DNA of 16,073 bases. It comes from a virus. Lineage: Duplodnaviria; Heunggongvirae; Uroviricota; Caudoviricetes. The stretch lies in IMG/VR virus record IMGVR_UViG_2923307698_000005; one strand, 5' to 3'. Shown here in pieces: positions 7,677-14,800 of this stretch. Within the stretch, counting starts at the first letter, position 1; every line of letters starts with the position of its first letter. The notes beneath the pieces were generated by a model. The model was not told where the DNA came from and did no database searches. It saw only the letters and a list, made by a program, of their open reading frames with translations. The translations under genes were made by a program, and so were the position numbers.

Positions 7677-8834
7677 TTAATCGTCGTCCTGTGGCAGTTC
7701 CAGAATCTTGATCGCGTTCGAATCCACCACGCCACCGCCTAAATATTTCTGCGCGAAAATTTTGATGAAGCCCGGCTCTGTGAGGTTGTCCGGTCTGGTG
7801 CGAACACCTGTTTCGTGATCAACAATGTAGTAACCGCGTTTGAAGTCACCCAGGGCAATAACGTTATCCGGCATAAACTCCAGATATTCGACCGGAAGGC
7901 CCAGCAACGTATCAGGATCACCCGCCTGTAAACGGTCACGCCAGATGTAATCACCGTTCGCGTTCTTCACCTTCTGGAGTTTTGCCGCCGTCGTGGAGTT
8001 AACCACCCAGACCGCGTTTTTGCGGTATTTTTTACGTAATGCAAATTTCAGGTCGATCAGCGGGTCCGCAGATGTCCACGCCAGAGATTCGGAAGGTTTA
8101 ATTACCTGCAACGTACCAAAATCACGCTCTTTGTCGTTCTTCTCTGCACGGGGTACGGATAGAAAGCCTTTTGCTTTTTTGTCACCGTCGCCCACAACCA
8201 GATCGCTTTCTTCGGTTTCCGTGAAGGTGTCGCCAATCTCGCCCGTCAGCCATGAAAGGATGTCCACATCGGAAAAATCCACGATTTCCTGCGTGGTGCG
8301 CGGGTACGCATAGACCGGATACAGCTTAATGCTCACCTCGTTAATCTGCGGGGTGCTGGTCTGTTCGCGTGCCTTACCCTCTTCACCGTGGTTAACGGTC
8401 GCACCGCCAGCGGAAACAAGCTGCTTAAACTCGTTGCTGCTGATTTTCTTCACGGTACAGATGCGGCGCATGGTGGATTCATCCGTCAGCATTCGCATGA
8501 TTTCGGTGTTCAGTTCGGGGATAACGGTATAACCACCATCAGCGGGAACGCCTGTACTTAATGCGCGGGTTTCACCTGTCAGAATGTAGTGACGTAGTTC
8601 GGCGGGGTCAGTGGTCTGGCTGTTTTTGCCTGGTTTACTGCGCTCTTCGTCAGCAACGGCCTCAAGGCGGGAGATGTCTTTATCGAGGGATTCAGCTTTA
8701 GCGCGTAATTCGTCAAATTTTGCGCCCTCAGCATCGTTAAGGCTGCGGTTTTCTTTTTCCGCGTTCTCCAGCATGTCGCGCATCTGATTTTTAATGGCGG
8801 TTTTCTGCTGGCGTAATTCGATTATTCTCGGCAT
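7677..8834 (-). CDS. Major capsid protein, HK97 fold, with N-terminal delta (scaffold) domain (385 aa from the ATG at 8834)
   Basis: N-terminal coiled-coil-like region (IIELRQQKTAIKNQMRDMLENAEKENRSLNDAEGAKFDELRAKAESLDKDISRLEAV) followed by a capsid body. The track ORF extends to a GTG at 8882 with no ribosome-binding site; the ATG at 8834 has AGGA upstream. Confidence 0.85.
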   Translation of the reverse strand: MPRIIELRQQKTAIKNQMRDMLENAEKENRSLNDAEGAKFDELRAKAESLDKDISRLEAVADEERSKPGKNSQTTDPAELRHYILTGETRALSTGVPADGGYTVIPELNTEIMRMLTDESTMRRICTVKKISSNEFKQLVSAGGATVNHGEEGKAREQTSTPQINEVSIKLYPVYAYPRTTQEIVDFSDVDILSWLTGEIGDTFTETEESDLVVGDGDKKAKGFLSVPRAEKNDKERDFGTLQVIKPSESLAWTSADPLIDLKFALRKKYRKNAVWVVNSTTAAKLQKVKNANGDYIWRDRLQAGDPDTLLGLPVEYLEFMPDNVIALGDFKRGYYIVDHETGVRTRPDNLTEPGFIKIFAQKYLGGGVVDSNAIKILELPQDDD

Positions 8835-9044
8835 AAAAAAAGTCCTGAAGTTAAGTAAGGAACTCCAGGACGCGGCAAACACTCAACCGTTTTTCATAAG
8901 GAAATCAGCAATCGCACCGATCGTTTTCCCGCCTGGTAATGAATATTGGCGGGCACATTAACAGGCGGGAAAGTGGCCCCAGCGTCCTGGCACCACGGGC
9001 GAGAATAATCATGATTCAGTTCGGGTAAAATATGCCGATCCGGT

Positions 9045-9080
9045 CAGCGAACAACGTGGAACAACCACGAACAAATAATT
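9045..9080 (+). repeat. Site B: 10-bp-phased GAACAA direct repeats (gcGAACAAC gtgGAACAAC cacGAACAAA) upstream of the capsid operon
   Basis: Read directly. Lies just downstream (minus sense) of the terminator at 9090-9116 and about 200 bp upstream of the capsid start. A candidate promoter (TTGTTC, 16 nt, TATTTT on the minus strand) sits next to it. Confidence 0.4.
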
Positions 9081-9089
9081 TACAAAACA

Positions 9090-9116
9090 TGACAAAAAGC
9101 CGGATTGCTCCGGCTG
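9090..9116 (-). terminator. Rho-independent terminator ending the replication/early operon
   Basis: 7-bp stem AGCCGGA/TCCGGCT with loop TTGC, followed on the minus strand by UUUUUGUCAUGUUUUG. Starts 6 bp after the PerC-like stop. Confidence 0.55.
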
Positions 9117-9121
9117 TGTGA

Positions 9122-9394
9122 TTATCTGTCCTGGTAATTTCGCCATATTTCATCACCAGCACCATCCATACCCATTTCGGCATAAGTGCGATCGACCGCC
9201 TTTTTCAGGTCTCCGTAATTATCCGGCGGCTCCGGTGGCCTCTGTGCCTTCCTGGAACATTCCAGCCGTCGCATCGTGATGTGATGCCGTTCCTTGTCTG
9301 TCTCCACCAGTTGCATGACTTCACCCCATCGCGCCGACGCTCTCCGGTAAAAGCCTTTCGCCTCCAGTTCTTCCGCTATGCGGTCATGTACCAT
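9122..9394 (-). CDS. PerC-family transcriptional regulator-like protein (90 aa from the ATG at 9394)
   Basis: Translation MVHDRIAEELEAKGFYRRASARWGEVM...TDKER...RR..CSR matches my recollection of the PerC/Pch signature. The track start at 9403 is a GTG; the ATG at 9394 is preferred. Confidence 0.55.
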   Translation of the reverse strand: MVHDRIAEELEAKGFYRRASARWGEVMQLVETDKERHHITMRRLECSRKAQRPPEPPDNYGDLKKAVDRTYAEMGMDGAGDEIWRNYQDR

Positions 9395-9406
9395 CGTCCC
9401 CACCCC

Positions 9407-9817
9407 TCAGAACGGAATATCATCACCGTAAGGGTCATCGCCTCCCGCTGGTGGCTGATTACCCTGTGTGCCTGTGGTCTTGCGTCGGCTCCCACCAGGA
9501 CGTGCCGCACGGGCACTGATTACGCTGTCTGCAATAACCTGATAACCCTGCCGCGTTTCCCCGTTCTGTCCGGTCCACTGGCTGACCTGCATCGTGCCGG
9601 ATACGCTGGCAACGTCGCCTTTTTGATGTTTAGCCAGGAAGTCGGCCTGCTTACCAAATGCGATGACCGATAGCCATAACGTCGCCTGTCCATCCTGTGC
9701 CTGGCTGCATGGCAGCGATACCGCCATACGCGCCAGCGTCATCGGTGTACCCTTGCTGGTCTGTTTTACCTGCGGGTCGTCCACCAGCCGCCAGTAAGCT
9801 GCAATTTGTGCTGTCAT
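9407..9817 (-). CDS. Single-stranded DNA-binding protein (136 aa)
   Basis: OB-fold-like core (WLSVIAFGKQADFLAKHQKGDVASVSGTMQVSQWTGQNGETRQGYQV), a glycine/proline/glutamine-rich linker, and a C-terminal DDIPF tail as in bacterial SSB. GAGGTGG ribosome-binding site. Confidence 0.75.
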   Translation of the reverse strand: MTAQIAAYWRLVDDPQVKQTSKGTPMTLARMAVSLPCSQAQDGQATLWLSVIAFGKQADFLAKHQKGDVASVSGTMQVSQWTGQNGETRQGYQVIADSVISARAARPGGSRRKTTGTQGNQPPAGGDDPYGDDIPF

Positions 9818-9826
9818 ATTGCCACC

Positions 9827-10132
9827 TCAGTGAAGCGATCCGGCGTTGTTCTTTTTCATCTCTTCCATCATTTTTTCAGTGAGCATTACGCACTGAAAAC
9901 CCATGTTTTTGATGTCTACGGGCTTCATGCCTTTATCAGTGGATATCACAGGCAGAATATCCTGATACACATCGCGGTCAGGGTAACTAAGCACACAAAG
10001 CGCCCATGATGCCACGGGTGAGGATCCTTCGTCTGTTTCAACCCACCAGCCTGGTGTAGCTGCGCTTATTTGCTGAATCGTGATCCGTCCGTTGTGCTTG
10101 TAAAGTTTTTCACCAAATTTTGGTTCGCTCAT
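9827..10132 (-). CDS. Hypothetical protein (101 aa)
   Basis: ATG with GGAG upstream; ATGA overlap with the upstream gene's stop. No family recognised. Confidence 0.5.
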   Translation of the reverse strand: MSEPKFGEKLYKHNGRITIQQISAATPGWWVETDEGSSPVASWALCVLSYPDRDVYQDILPVISTDKGMKPVDIKNMGFQCVMLTEKMMEEMKKNNAGSLH

Positions 10133-10380
10133 GATTCCAACTCTCCGGTTTTAACGTTGATGGTTGTTACCTGTTCCGCTTCGGCAATCTCCCGTTCTGT
10201 CAGCGTGGCAAAGTTTGCCGCCGCCGTGGTCATGAATGCGCTTATCAGGTCGGGATGTTCCTTCGCGTATCCTTCCCGCGTGTGGCGGTCTATCGTTCTG
10301 ATTGCCACCTTTAAGGTGTGCTCAGTCATGTCTAACGCTTTATATTTTGGCTCTGTTCTGTCTCTGCGTTTTTGGGTCAT
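10129..10380 (-). CDS. Hypothetical protein (83 aa from the ATG at 10380)
   Basis: The track ORF extends to a GTG at 10410 that lies inside the iteron array; the ATG at 10380 is preferred. No family recognised. Confidence 0.45.
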   Translation of the reverse strand: MTQKRRDRTEPKYKALDMTEHTLKVAIRTIDRHTREGYAKEHPDLISAFMTTAAANFATLTEREIAEAEQVTTINVKTGELES

Positions 10381-10384
10381 TTCT

Positions 10385-10585
10385 CGCAACCTCTCACTTT
10401 TTCGCCTCACTTTTTCAAGCGTCTCACTTCGTCGCAGTTGGGATTTTTGGTTTTTCTATGTGTGTGTTTCATAAGTATTTTTTTACCCCTCACTTTTGAG
10501 GATGTATACAGGTCGAAAAGTGAGGGGGAGCGGGCTAATTTTGGCCCTCTTTCTATCCCCCTCGCTTTTGCTCCTCACTTTTATA
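10385..10585. repeat. Iteron-type replication origin: seven copies of CTCACTTTT (one inverted, one CTCGCTTTT variant) flanking an AT-rich spacer
   Basis: Copies at 10393-10401, 10406-10415, 10423-10430, 10489-10497, 10517-10525 (inverted), 10561-10569 (variant) and 10574-10582. The AT-rich core is 10441-10485. Lies immediately 3' of the replication ATPase gene. Confidence 0.6.
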
Positions 10586-11981
10586 GCGGCGCTACATCAT
10601 CCCCATCGATACGAATAACCCCATCTTTTTCCAGCTTGTACAGCCAGCGCCGGAAGTTTTTCATTTCATACCCCAGCTTTTTCATGTCATCACGTAACAT
10701 CTGGATCGTGCACTTGTCGCCGTTCTGTGTGCGTGAACGGATGCACCCCCATAGCGCGGTATGGTTTTCCGTCTTGTTCCCTGCCTCCTCGATGCGCTCC
10801 AGTTCAACAGGAGGGCGCGGATCATCCACCACCACCAGCGACGTGATTAATTCACCGTCAGCGTCGGTAAAAAGCTCCACCACGCGTAAGTCATATGCGG
10901 CTTCTTTGAGTTCCTCCGCGTCCTTCATTTTGGTGCATGAGATAACCAGCGCTTCGCTTCCTGCGTCCTCCCTGCGTATCCGGTATTCAGCATCCAGCGA
11001 AGCACGAAATGCACTGGAACCGCGCGCGCCTTTCGTCTCATCCTTGCCGGAATGGTGAACCACCAGCACCGTGGCCCCTGTGCGTCGTTTCAGTTCGTCA
11101 CAACCACGGATAAACGCCCCCATATCACGGGAATCATTTTCATCATTCCCACCAAAGCAACGCGCCAGCGTATCCAGAATAATCATGCGTACAGGTTTAC
11201 CCGTTTCCCGCTCCACCTGACGGGCAGCGATAACCATTTCATCAACATCAAGCGGGGCAGCCGGAAAGATGGGGCGGTTTACCAGATACAGATTTTTCAC
11301 CTGCTCATCGTGCACAACCTCCCAGGCTTTTACACGACGCGGAACACCTATACCGCCTTCACCAACCACATAGAGAACCGCACCATGTGCAACCCTGCGG
11401 CCTCCCCACTGGCGACCAGTGGCAACATGGCACGCCCACGATCCGGCAAGGAATGATTTATAGGACCCGCTAGCCCCGTATATGCTGCATAGCGATACCG
11501 CCGGAATAATCCCCTTAACCACGTAATCCAGTTGCGTGTCGTATCCGGTAGATCCAACGCTCATCGGTAGCGTGGTTTTTCGCTGGTGGTTTTTTTCTTC
11601 CGCCGGCTCTTTCCCGCGCACCCGTTCCAGGTATTCGCGCCAGTTCTCCCGCATATGGCTGTGCATCCCTTCGGGGTAATAATTCGCATCAGTTACACCC
11701 GCCGCCGCCAGCTTGTGCGCAATGGCATTAATATTTGATGGCCTGATGTGGCCTGCCTTGTACAGCCGGACACAATAGCGCCCCTCGTCGATGATTCTCA
11801 GGTCTGCCAGTTCATCCAGTTGATCATCAGCCAGCACAACGGGAGGCACATTATCGCCAGCCAGTCGCCCGTCCTGTTCCTGCCACTGTTTCGCATGTGC
11901 CCAGGCATCACTACCCGCAAAAATAATGACTTCGGTCATCTTGTCGTAAGGCTGTTTTTTTAAGTTCGGTGCGCTTTTCAT
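10581..11981 (-). CDS. Replication protein: RecA-fold (RepA/DnaB-like) ATPase, probable helicase or primase-helicase of the satellite (466 aa)
   Basis: Walker A GASGSYKS and Walker B-like MIILDT in a RecA-like core. Sits between the accessory ORFs and the iteron origin, as the pri-rep gene does in PICI and P4-like elements. Confidence 0.75.
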   Translation of the reverse strand: MKSAPNLKKQPYDKMTEVIIFAGSDAWAHAKQWQEQDGRLAGDNVPPVVLADDQLDELADLRIIDEGRYCVRLYKAGHIRPSNINAIAHKLAAAGVTDANYYPEGMHSHMRENWREYLERVRGKEPAEEKNHQRKTTLPMSVGSTGYDTQLDYVVKGIIPAVSLCSIYGASGSYKSFLAGSWACHVATGRQWGGRRVAHGAVLYVVGEGGIGVPRRVKAWEVVHDEQVKNLYLVNRPIFPAAPLDVDEMVIAARQVERETGKPVRMIILDTLARCFGGNDENDSRDMGAFIRGCDELKRRTGATVLVVHHSGKDETKGARGSSAFRASLDAEYRIRREDAGSEALVISCTKMKDAEELKEAAYDLRVVELFTDADGELITSLVVVDDPRPPVELERIEEAGNKTENHTALWGCIRSRTQNGDKCTIQMLRDDMKKLGYEMKNFRRWLYKLEKDGVIRIDGDDVAPL

Positions 11982-12277
11982 TTCTTGCCCCTGAATCCGT
12001 TAACCATGGTTTTCAGCTTCTGGATGTTTGCCCGTGCCCTGGCGTTGCTGGTGGGCACGTTATGCGGCGCGGTCTGTACCAGAGAAAAATCACGCCGGAA
12101 CTGATAAACAGGCATCACGCAATCATATTCGTAACCTTCACGGCGGTAGGTTACGCGCCGTTCTTCCACGCCCTTAATCATTACCGTGCCGCCGTACTGG
12201 TCGCGGTAAATATCACCGCGCGTAAATTTAGGGTGAGTGTTGCCACTGGCAGTTAAGCCAGAATATTTAAGTTTCAT
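11978..12277 (-). CDS. Hypothetical protein (99 aa)
   Basis: ATG with GGAGA upstream; its stop overlaps the replication gene start (ATGA). No family recognised. Confidence 0.5.
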   Translation of the reverse strand: MKLKYSGLTASGNTHPKFTRGDIYRDQYGGTVMIKGVEERRVTYRREGYEYDCVMPVYQFRRDFSLVQTAPHNVPTSNARARANIQKLKTMVNGFRGKK

Positions 12278-12282
12278 TATTT

Positions 12283-12516
12283 TTATTCTCCGGTGTGCTG
12301 TTCTTTATATCTGTCGTGCAATAGATCTATTTCTTGCAGTTCCATTATTACAGGCTCAAGAAGCGTTATTAATGCCGTGACAATTCTTGATTTTTGTTTG
12401 TCGCGTTCATTGTCGCCAAGTGTTTCAAGACATATGCGCAATATTTCGTACATACCTTCAGCGTAAGCAAGGGCACTAAATGCGCGGTCTATTGTTTGGT
12501 GGTAAATATCACGCAT
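12283..12516 (-). CDS. Hypothetical protein (77 aa)
   Basis: ATG with GAGGA upstream; coupled to neighbours. No family recognised. Confidence 0.5.
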   Translation of the reverse strand: MRDIYHQTIDRAFSALAYAEGMYEILRICLETLGDNERDKQKSRIVTALITLLEPVIMELQEIDLLHDRYKEQHTGE

Positions 12517-12973
12517 GGCTTACATCCTCAGGAAATTTTCTTCTATAACGCGCCTCTGCCACATATTCCGCATAATCGGCGGCGATATTCAGTACATCAA
12601 GCCCCGTTGATTTATATTCTCTCGTGGAAAGTAAGAAAAAAGCCGCTCTAATAAGTTCTGGCATTGACGAAAGCGCATCAGCCGCATCATCAGGAACGCC
12701 GGAAAATTCCTGTTTCAGGGAATTAAAACGATCATCACGCATAACCCCCCCATTTTCACAATCAGCAATCAGGATAGCTTTGGCCTCATTCAGCGCCGTA
12801 TCAGCACTAAATTGCATGACAGCCAGTGAGTGAGGAACGAAAGCACCGGCATATTCTGTTTCGCTGGTGGCGTGCTTATGTTCCCTGTCCGCGATAACAG
12901 AAATATCAATCAGCGCGTGCATCAGCGTTTTGATGGCTTCGGCGGCTGCGTCCGGTGTGGTTTTATTGTGCAT
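12509..12973 (-). CDS. Hypothetical protein (154 aa)
   Basis: ATG with AGGGGA upstream; overlaps the downstream gene start by 8 nt. No family recognised. Confidence 0.5.
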   Translation of the reverse strand: MHNKTTPDAAAEAIKTLMHALIDISVIADREHKHATSETEYAGAFVPHSLAVMQFSADTALNEAKAILIADCENGGVMRDDRFNSLKQEFSGVPDDAADALSSMPELIRAAFFLLSTREYKSTGLDVLNIAADYAEYVAEARYRRKFPEDVSHA

Positions 12974-13175
12974 AAAGCATCCCCTGAATATTCGTGTTAA
13001 TCATTCCGGCACGTTTTGTGATTTCCTGTAATGATTCCCTTGTGGCGACAATTGCTTCATCTGGTAAGTGGTAATTACACACCACGCGACCTTTATCCAC
13101 ATTGACCAGTAGCTGCCCTGTGAATTTCTCACGAAACTGAATGCGGTTAAGGTCAGTAAGTGACAGATTAATCAT
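12963..13175 (-). CDS. Hypothetical protein (70 aa from the ATG at 13175)
   Basis: AGGAGG six nt upstream of the ATG at 13175; the start overlaps the upstream stop (ATGATTAA). The track's longer ORF to 13217 has no ribosome-binding site. Confidence 0.45.
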   Translation of the reverse strand: MINLSLTDLNRIQFREKFTGQLLVNVDKGRVVCNYHLPDEAIVATRESLQEITKRAGMINTNIQGMLYAQ

Positions 13176-13365
13176 GGCGCACCTCCTGACGAATACGGGC
13201 GGCAAATACAGCAACACAACCGGACGGGCAACGGTTACGCGCTTCGCGTTCCGTCCAGGCGGTTACGTGGATGATTTGAGATTCTCCGGCACTCAGTGCC
13301 AGAAAACGCCACACAAAGGCCGTTTGTGTGTGTACAAGGTGTGGTATATGATTTACGGCAACCAT
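13168..13365 (-). CDS. Hypothetical protein (65 aa from the ATG at 13365), first gene of the minus-strand early operon
   Basis: AGGAG five nt upstream of the ATG at 13365. The track's extension to 13467 would run through operator palindromes and a hairpin. Confidence 0.4.
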   Translation of the reverse strand: MVAVNHIPHLVHTQTAFVWRFLALSAGESQIIHVTAWTEREARNRCPSGCVAVFAARIRQEVRHD

Positions 13366-13445
13366 AACGGCTCCTAGTTTACGTTGTTGGTTAGAAGCCC
13401 CGTTACTGCTCCTACAGTGCGGGGCTTTGCTTTTTGTGTTGATTG

Positions 13446-13491
13446 TGTGTAATGTGTCATTACACATAAATACATTACATGAGGTGTAATT
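13446..13491. promoter_or_regulatory. Paired operator-like inverted repeats in the divergent control region: TGTGTAATG-TGT-CATTACACA (13446-13466) and CATTACA-N5-GTGTAAT (13473-13491)
   Basis: Read directly. Four copies of the TGTAATG/CATTACA half-site between the minus-strand early operon and the plus-strand Arc-like gene, overlapping the Arc-like gene's ribosome-binding site. Confidence 0.45.
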
Positions 13492-13494
13492 AAC

Positions 13495-13674
13495 GTGTCA
13501 ATACACAAAAACGAAAGGCGTGGTAATCCTCCGTTCCAGTTCCGTTTAGATCCTGACTTACGGGAAAAGATGGAAAAGGCACAACAACAGGACGGCGATG
13601 ATTCTCTTGCTGCCTGGATAAAGCGAATAATCCGCAAAGAATTACAGCAACGCGGCATAGAACCCAAAGGATAA
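13495..13674 (+). CDS. Arc-family ribbon-helix-helix DNA-binding protein (59 aa, GTG start)
   Basis: Not in the ORF track (under 60 aa). GTG at 13495 with GAGG ten nt upstream. Translation VSIHKNERRGNPPFQFRLDPDLREKMEKAQQQDGDDSLAAWIKRIIRKELQQRGIEPKG matches the Arc-type pattern: a PPxFxLRL beta-strand followed by two helices. Confidence 0.6.
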   Translation: MSIHKNERRGNPPFQFRLDPDLREKMEKAQQQDGDDSLAAWIKRIIRKELQQRGIEPKG

Positions 13675-13731
13675 AAACTATCAGCGCCGTGGTGTGAGGA
13701 ACTACGGCGCATTTCTTTACAGGAGTAGACA

Positions 13732-13917
13732 ATGAACAACGAAGAATTACGGGAAATCGCATTATCCATACTTGAAAGACAGGTAGAAAAAAAATTAAGA
13801 GAAATGGATGAAATGCCTGACCATGAACAGGAAGCAAGGCCAAAAAGATTTGCCCTTGAGGATTTTCTTAAAAATTGCCCAAGAAAGATGAGATCGTGGC
13901 GTTGTTGTCCGCCCTGA
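13732..13917 (+). CDS. Hypothetical small protein (61 aa), cotranscribed with the Arc-like gene
   Basis: ATG with AGGAG six nt upstream; charged, helical-looking translation; followed by an intrinsic terminator. Confidence 0.5.
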   Translation: MNNEELREIALSILERQVEKKLREMDEMPDHEQEARPKRFALEDFLKNCPRKMRSWRCCPP

Positions 13918-13994
13918 TGACAGATTTGCCAACCAGCCCAAAATGTGGCATCGTTGTCGATGCATAGTGTAATCAACATGTATATCATATTTTT

Positions 13995-14021
13995 GCGACC
14001 ATCATAGGTCGCATTTTTTTT
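13995..14021 (+). terminator. Rho-independent terminator of the plus-strand Arc-like operon
   Basis: Stem GCGACC/GGTCGC with loop ATCATA, followed by ATTTTTTTT. Confidence 0.6.
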
Positions 14022-14074
14022 GCCTGTAATCCGGCAATTGTGGCGCTTCTTCACACAGTTGATATAATTCCAAT

Positions 14075-14145
14075 GCTCATATTTATTTTTTGTGCAGCAG
14101 GTTAATCGTTCACAAAGGCGCTCAGGTAACTGGGCGCTTTTTGTT
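14075..14145 (+). ncRNA. Candidate small RNA, about 70 nt, with its own promoter and terminator
   Basis: Extended -10 promoter TGaTATAAT at 14060-14068, predicted start near 14075, and a strong intrinsic terminator at 14118-14145 (stem GCGCTCAG/CTGGGCGC with one G-U pair, loop GTAA, then TTTTTGTT). No plausible ORF inside. Confidence 0.3.
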
Positions 14146-14291
14146 ATGCCTGAAAAACCCCAATTTTGTTGTTTTTCAGTTTCACCAGGGCGAACGAATC
14201 CCCGCCCACGTTCTGGCGTATATTCAATCTTCATGGTTATAGCTCTGTGTTCAGATGATTGATGTGTGGCGGCTGTGTGCCGCCAGCGTGA

Positions 14292-14480
14292 TTAATGAAC
14301 TGCCTTGCAGCTATCCTTCCAGGCCAGAACCTCGGATAAAGACCAGCCAACGGAACGACCGCCAAGTTTACGACGTGATGGGAATTGTCCGGCCTTTTCC
14401 AGGCGGTAGCGACACGTACGGCTAAGGCCGGTTAGTTTTTTGCATTCTTTTTCACGTATAAACCGATCAGTGCTTAACAC
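14292..14480 (-). CDS. alpA: AlpA-family transcriptional regulator / excisionase-like protein (62 aa, GTG start)
   Basis: Translation LTGLSRTCRYRLEKAGQFPSRRKLGGRSVGWSLSEVLAW matches the AlpA/Xis-type helix-turn-helix pattern. The ORF has no internal ATG; the GTG at 14480 is preceded by AGGGGG. Lies immediately downstream of the integrase gene. Confidence 0.8.
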   Translation of the reverse strand: MLSTDRFIREKECKKLTGLSRTCRYRLEKAGQFPSRRKLGGRSVGWSLSEVLAWKDSCKAVH

Positions 14481-14750
14481 TATTGCCCCCTTTCGTTTCT
14501 TAAAGAGTCATCAGGTGTCTTATTGTGTCGTATTGTTCCCGCTAGAGTGATGAATGGCAAATACTGAGGATGTATGATTTACAGAAAATGAAACAGTAAG
14601 AATAAAATCTTTTAAATTCATGTTAATACAAAGGCATAAAATATTGTTCCATGCCTTTTTTCTCGCTCTTTAAAGAGTGATTCGCTAGTGTATAAAAACC
14701 AGTAACACATTAAAAATCAGCCACTTATAAATCCGTACGCTTTTTCGCCT

Positions 14751-14800
14751 CTTGTTCGTAGTTGTTCCACATTGTTGCTCATTGTTGCACGTTGTATCTG
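14751..14800 (-). repeat. Site C: four to five 10-bp-phased (C/G)AACAA repeats on the minus strand (gtgCAACAAt gagCAACAAt gtgGAACAAc tacGAACAAg)
   Basis: Read directly. The minus-strand string GTGGAACAACtACGAACAA matches site B (GTGGAACAACcACGAACAA) at 18 of 19 positions. Lies 44-93 bp downstream of the integrase stop. Confidence 0.4.

Noticed and set aside
7677-8882. GTG-initiated 401-aa version of the capsid ORF, and similar GTG extensions at 9403, 10410, 13217 and 13467
   Set aside because: The extended starts have no ribosome-binding site and overlap an upstream gene or regulatory element; the nearest downstream ATG with a ribosome-binding site was preferred.
10385-10585. Possible CRISPR array suggested by the short repeats
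   Set aside because: Repeats are only 9-12 bp with irregular spacing and one inverted copy, and there are no cas genes; an iteron origin fits better.
10372-11058. 228-aa plus-strand ORF
   Set aside because: Antisense shadow of the replication ATPase gene and the iteron origin; serine-rich, low-complexity translation.
13374-14234. 286-aa minus-strand ORF spanning the region between the early operon and alpA
   Set aside because: Low-complexity, cysteine- and serine-rich translation; runs through two intrinsic terminator hairpins and the operator palindromes; overlaps the better-supported plus-strand Arc-like gene and its partner; no ribosome-binding site.
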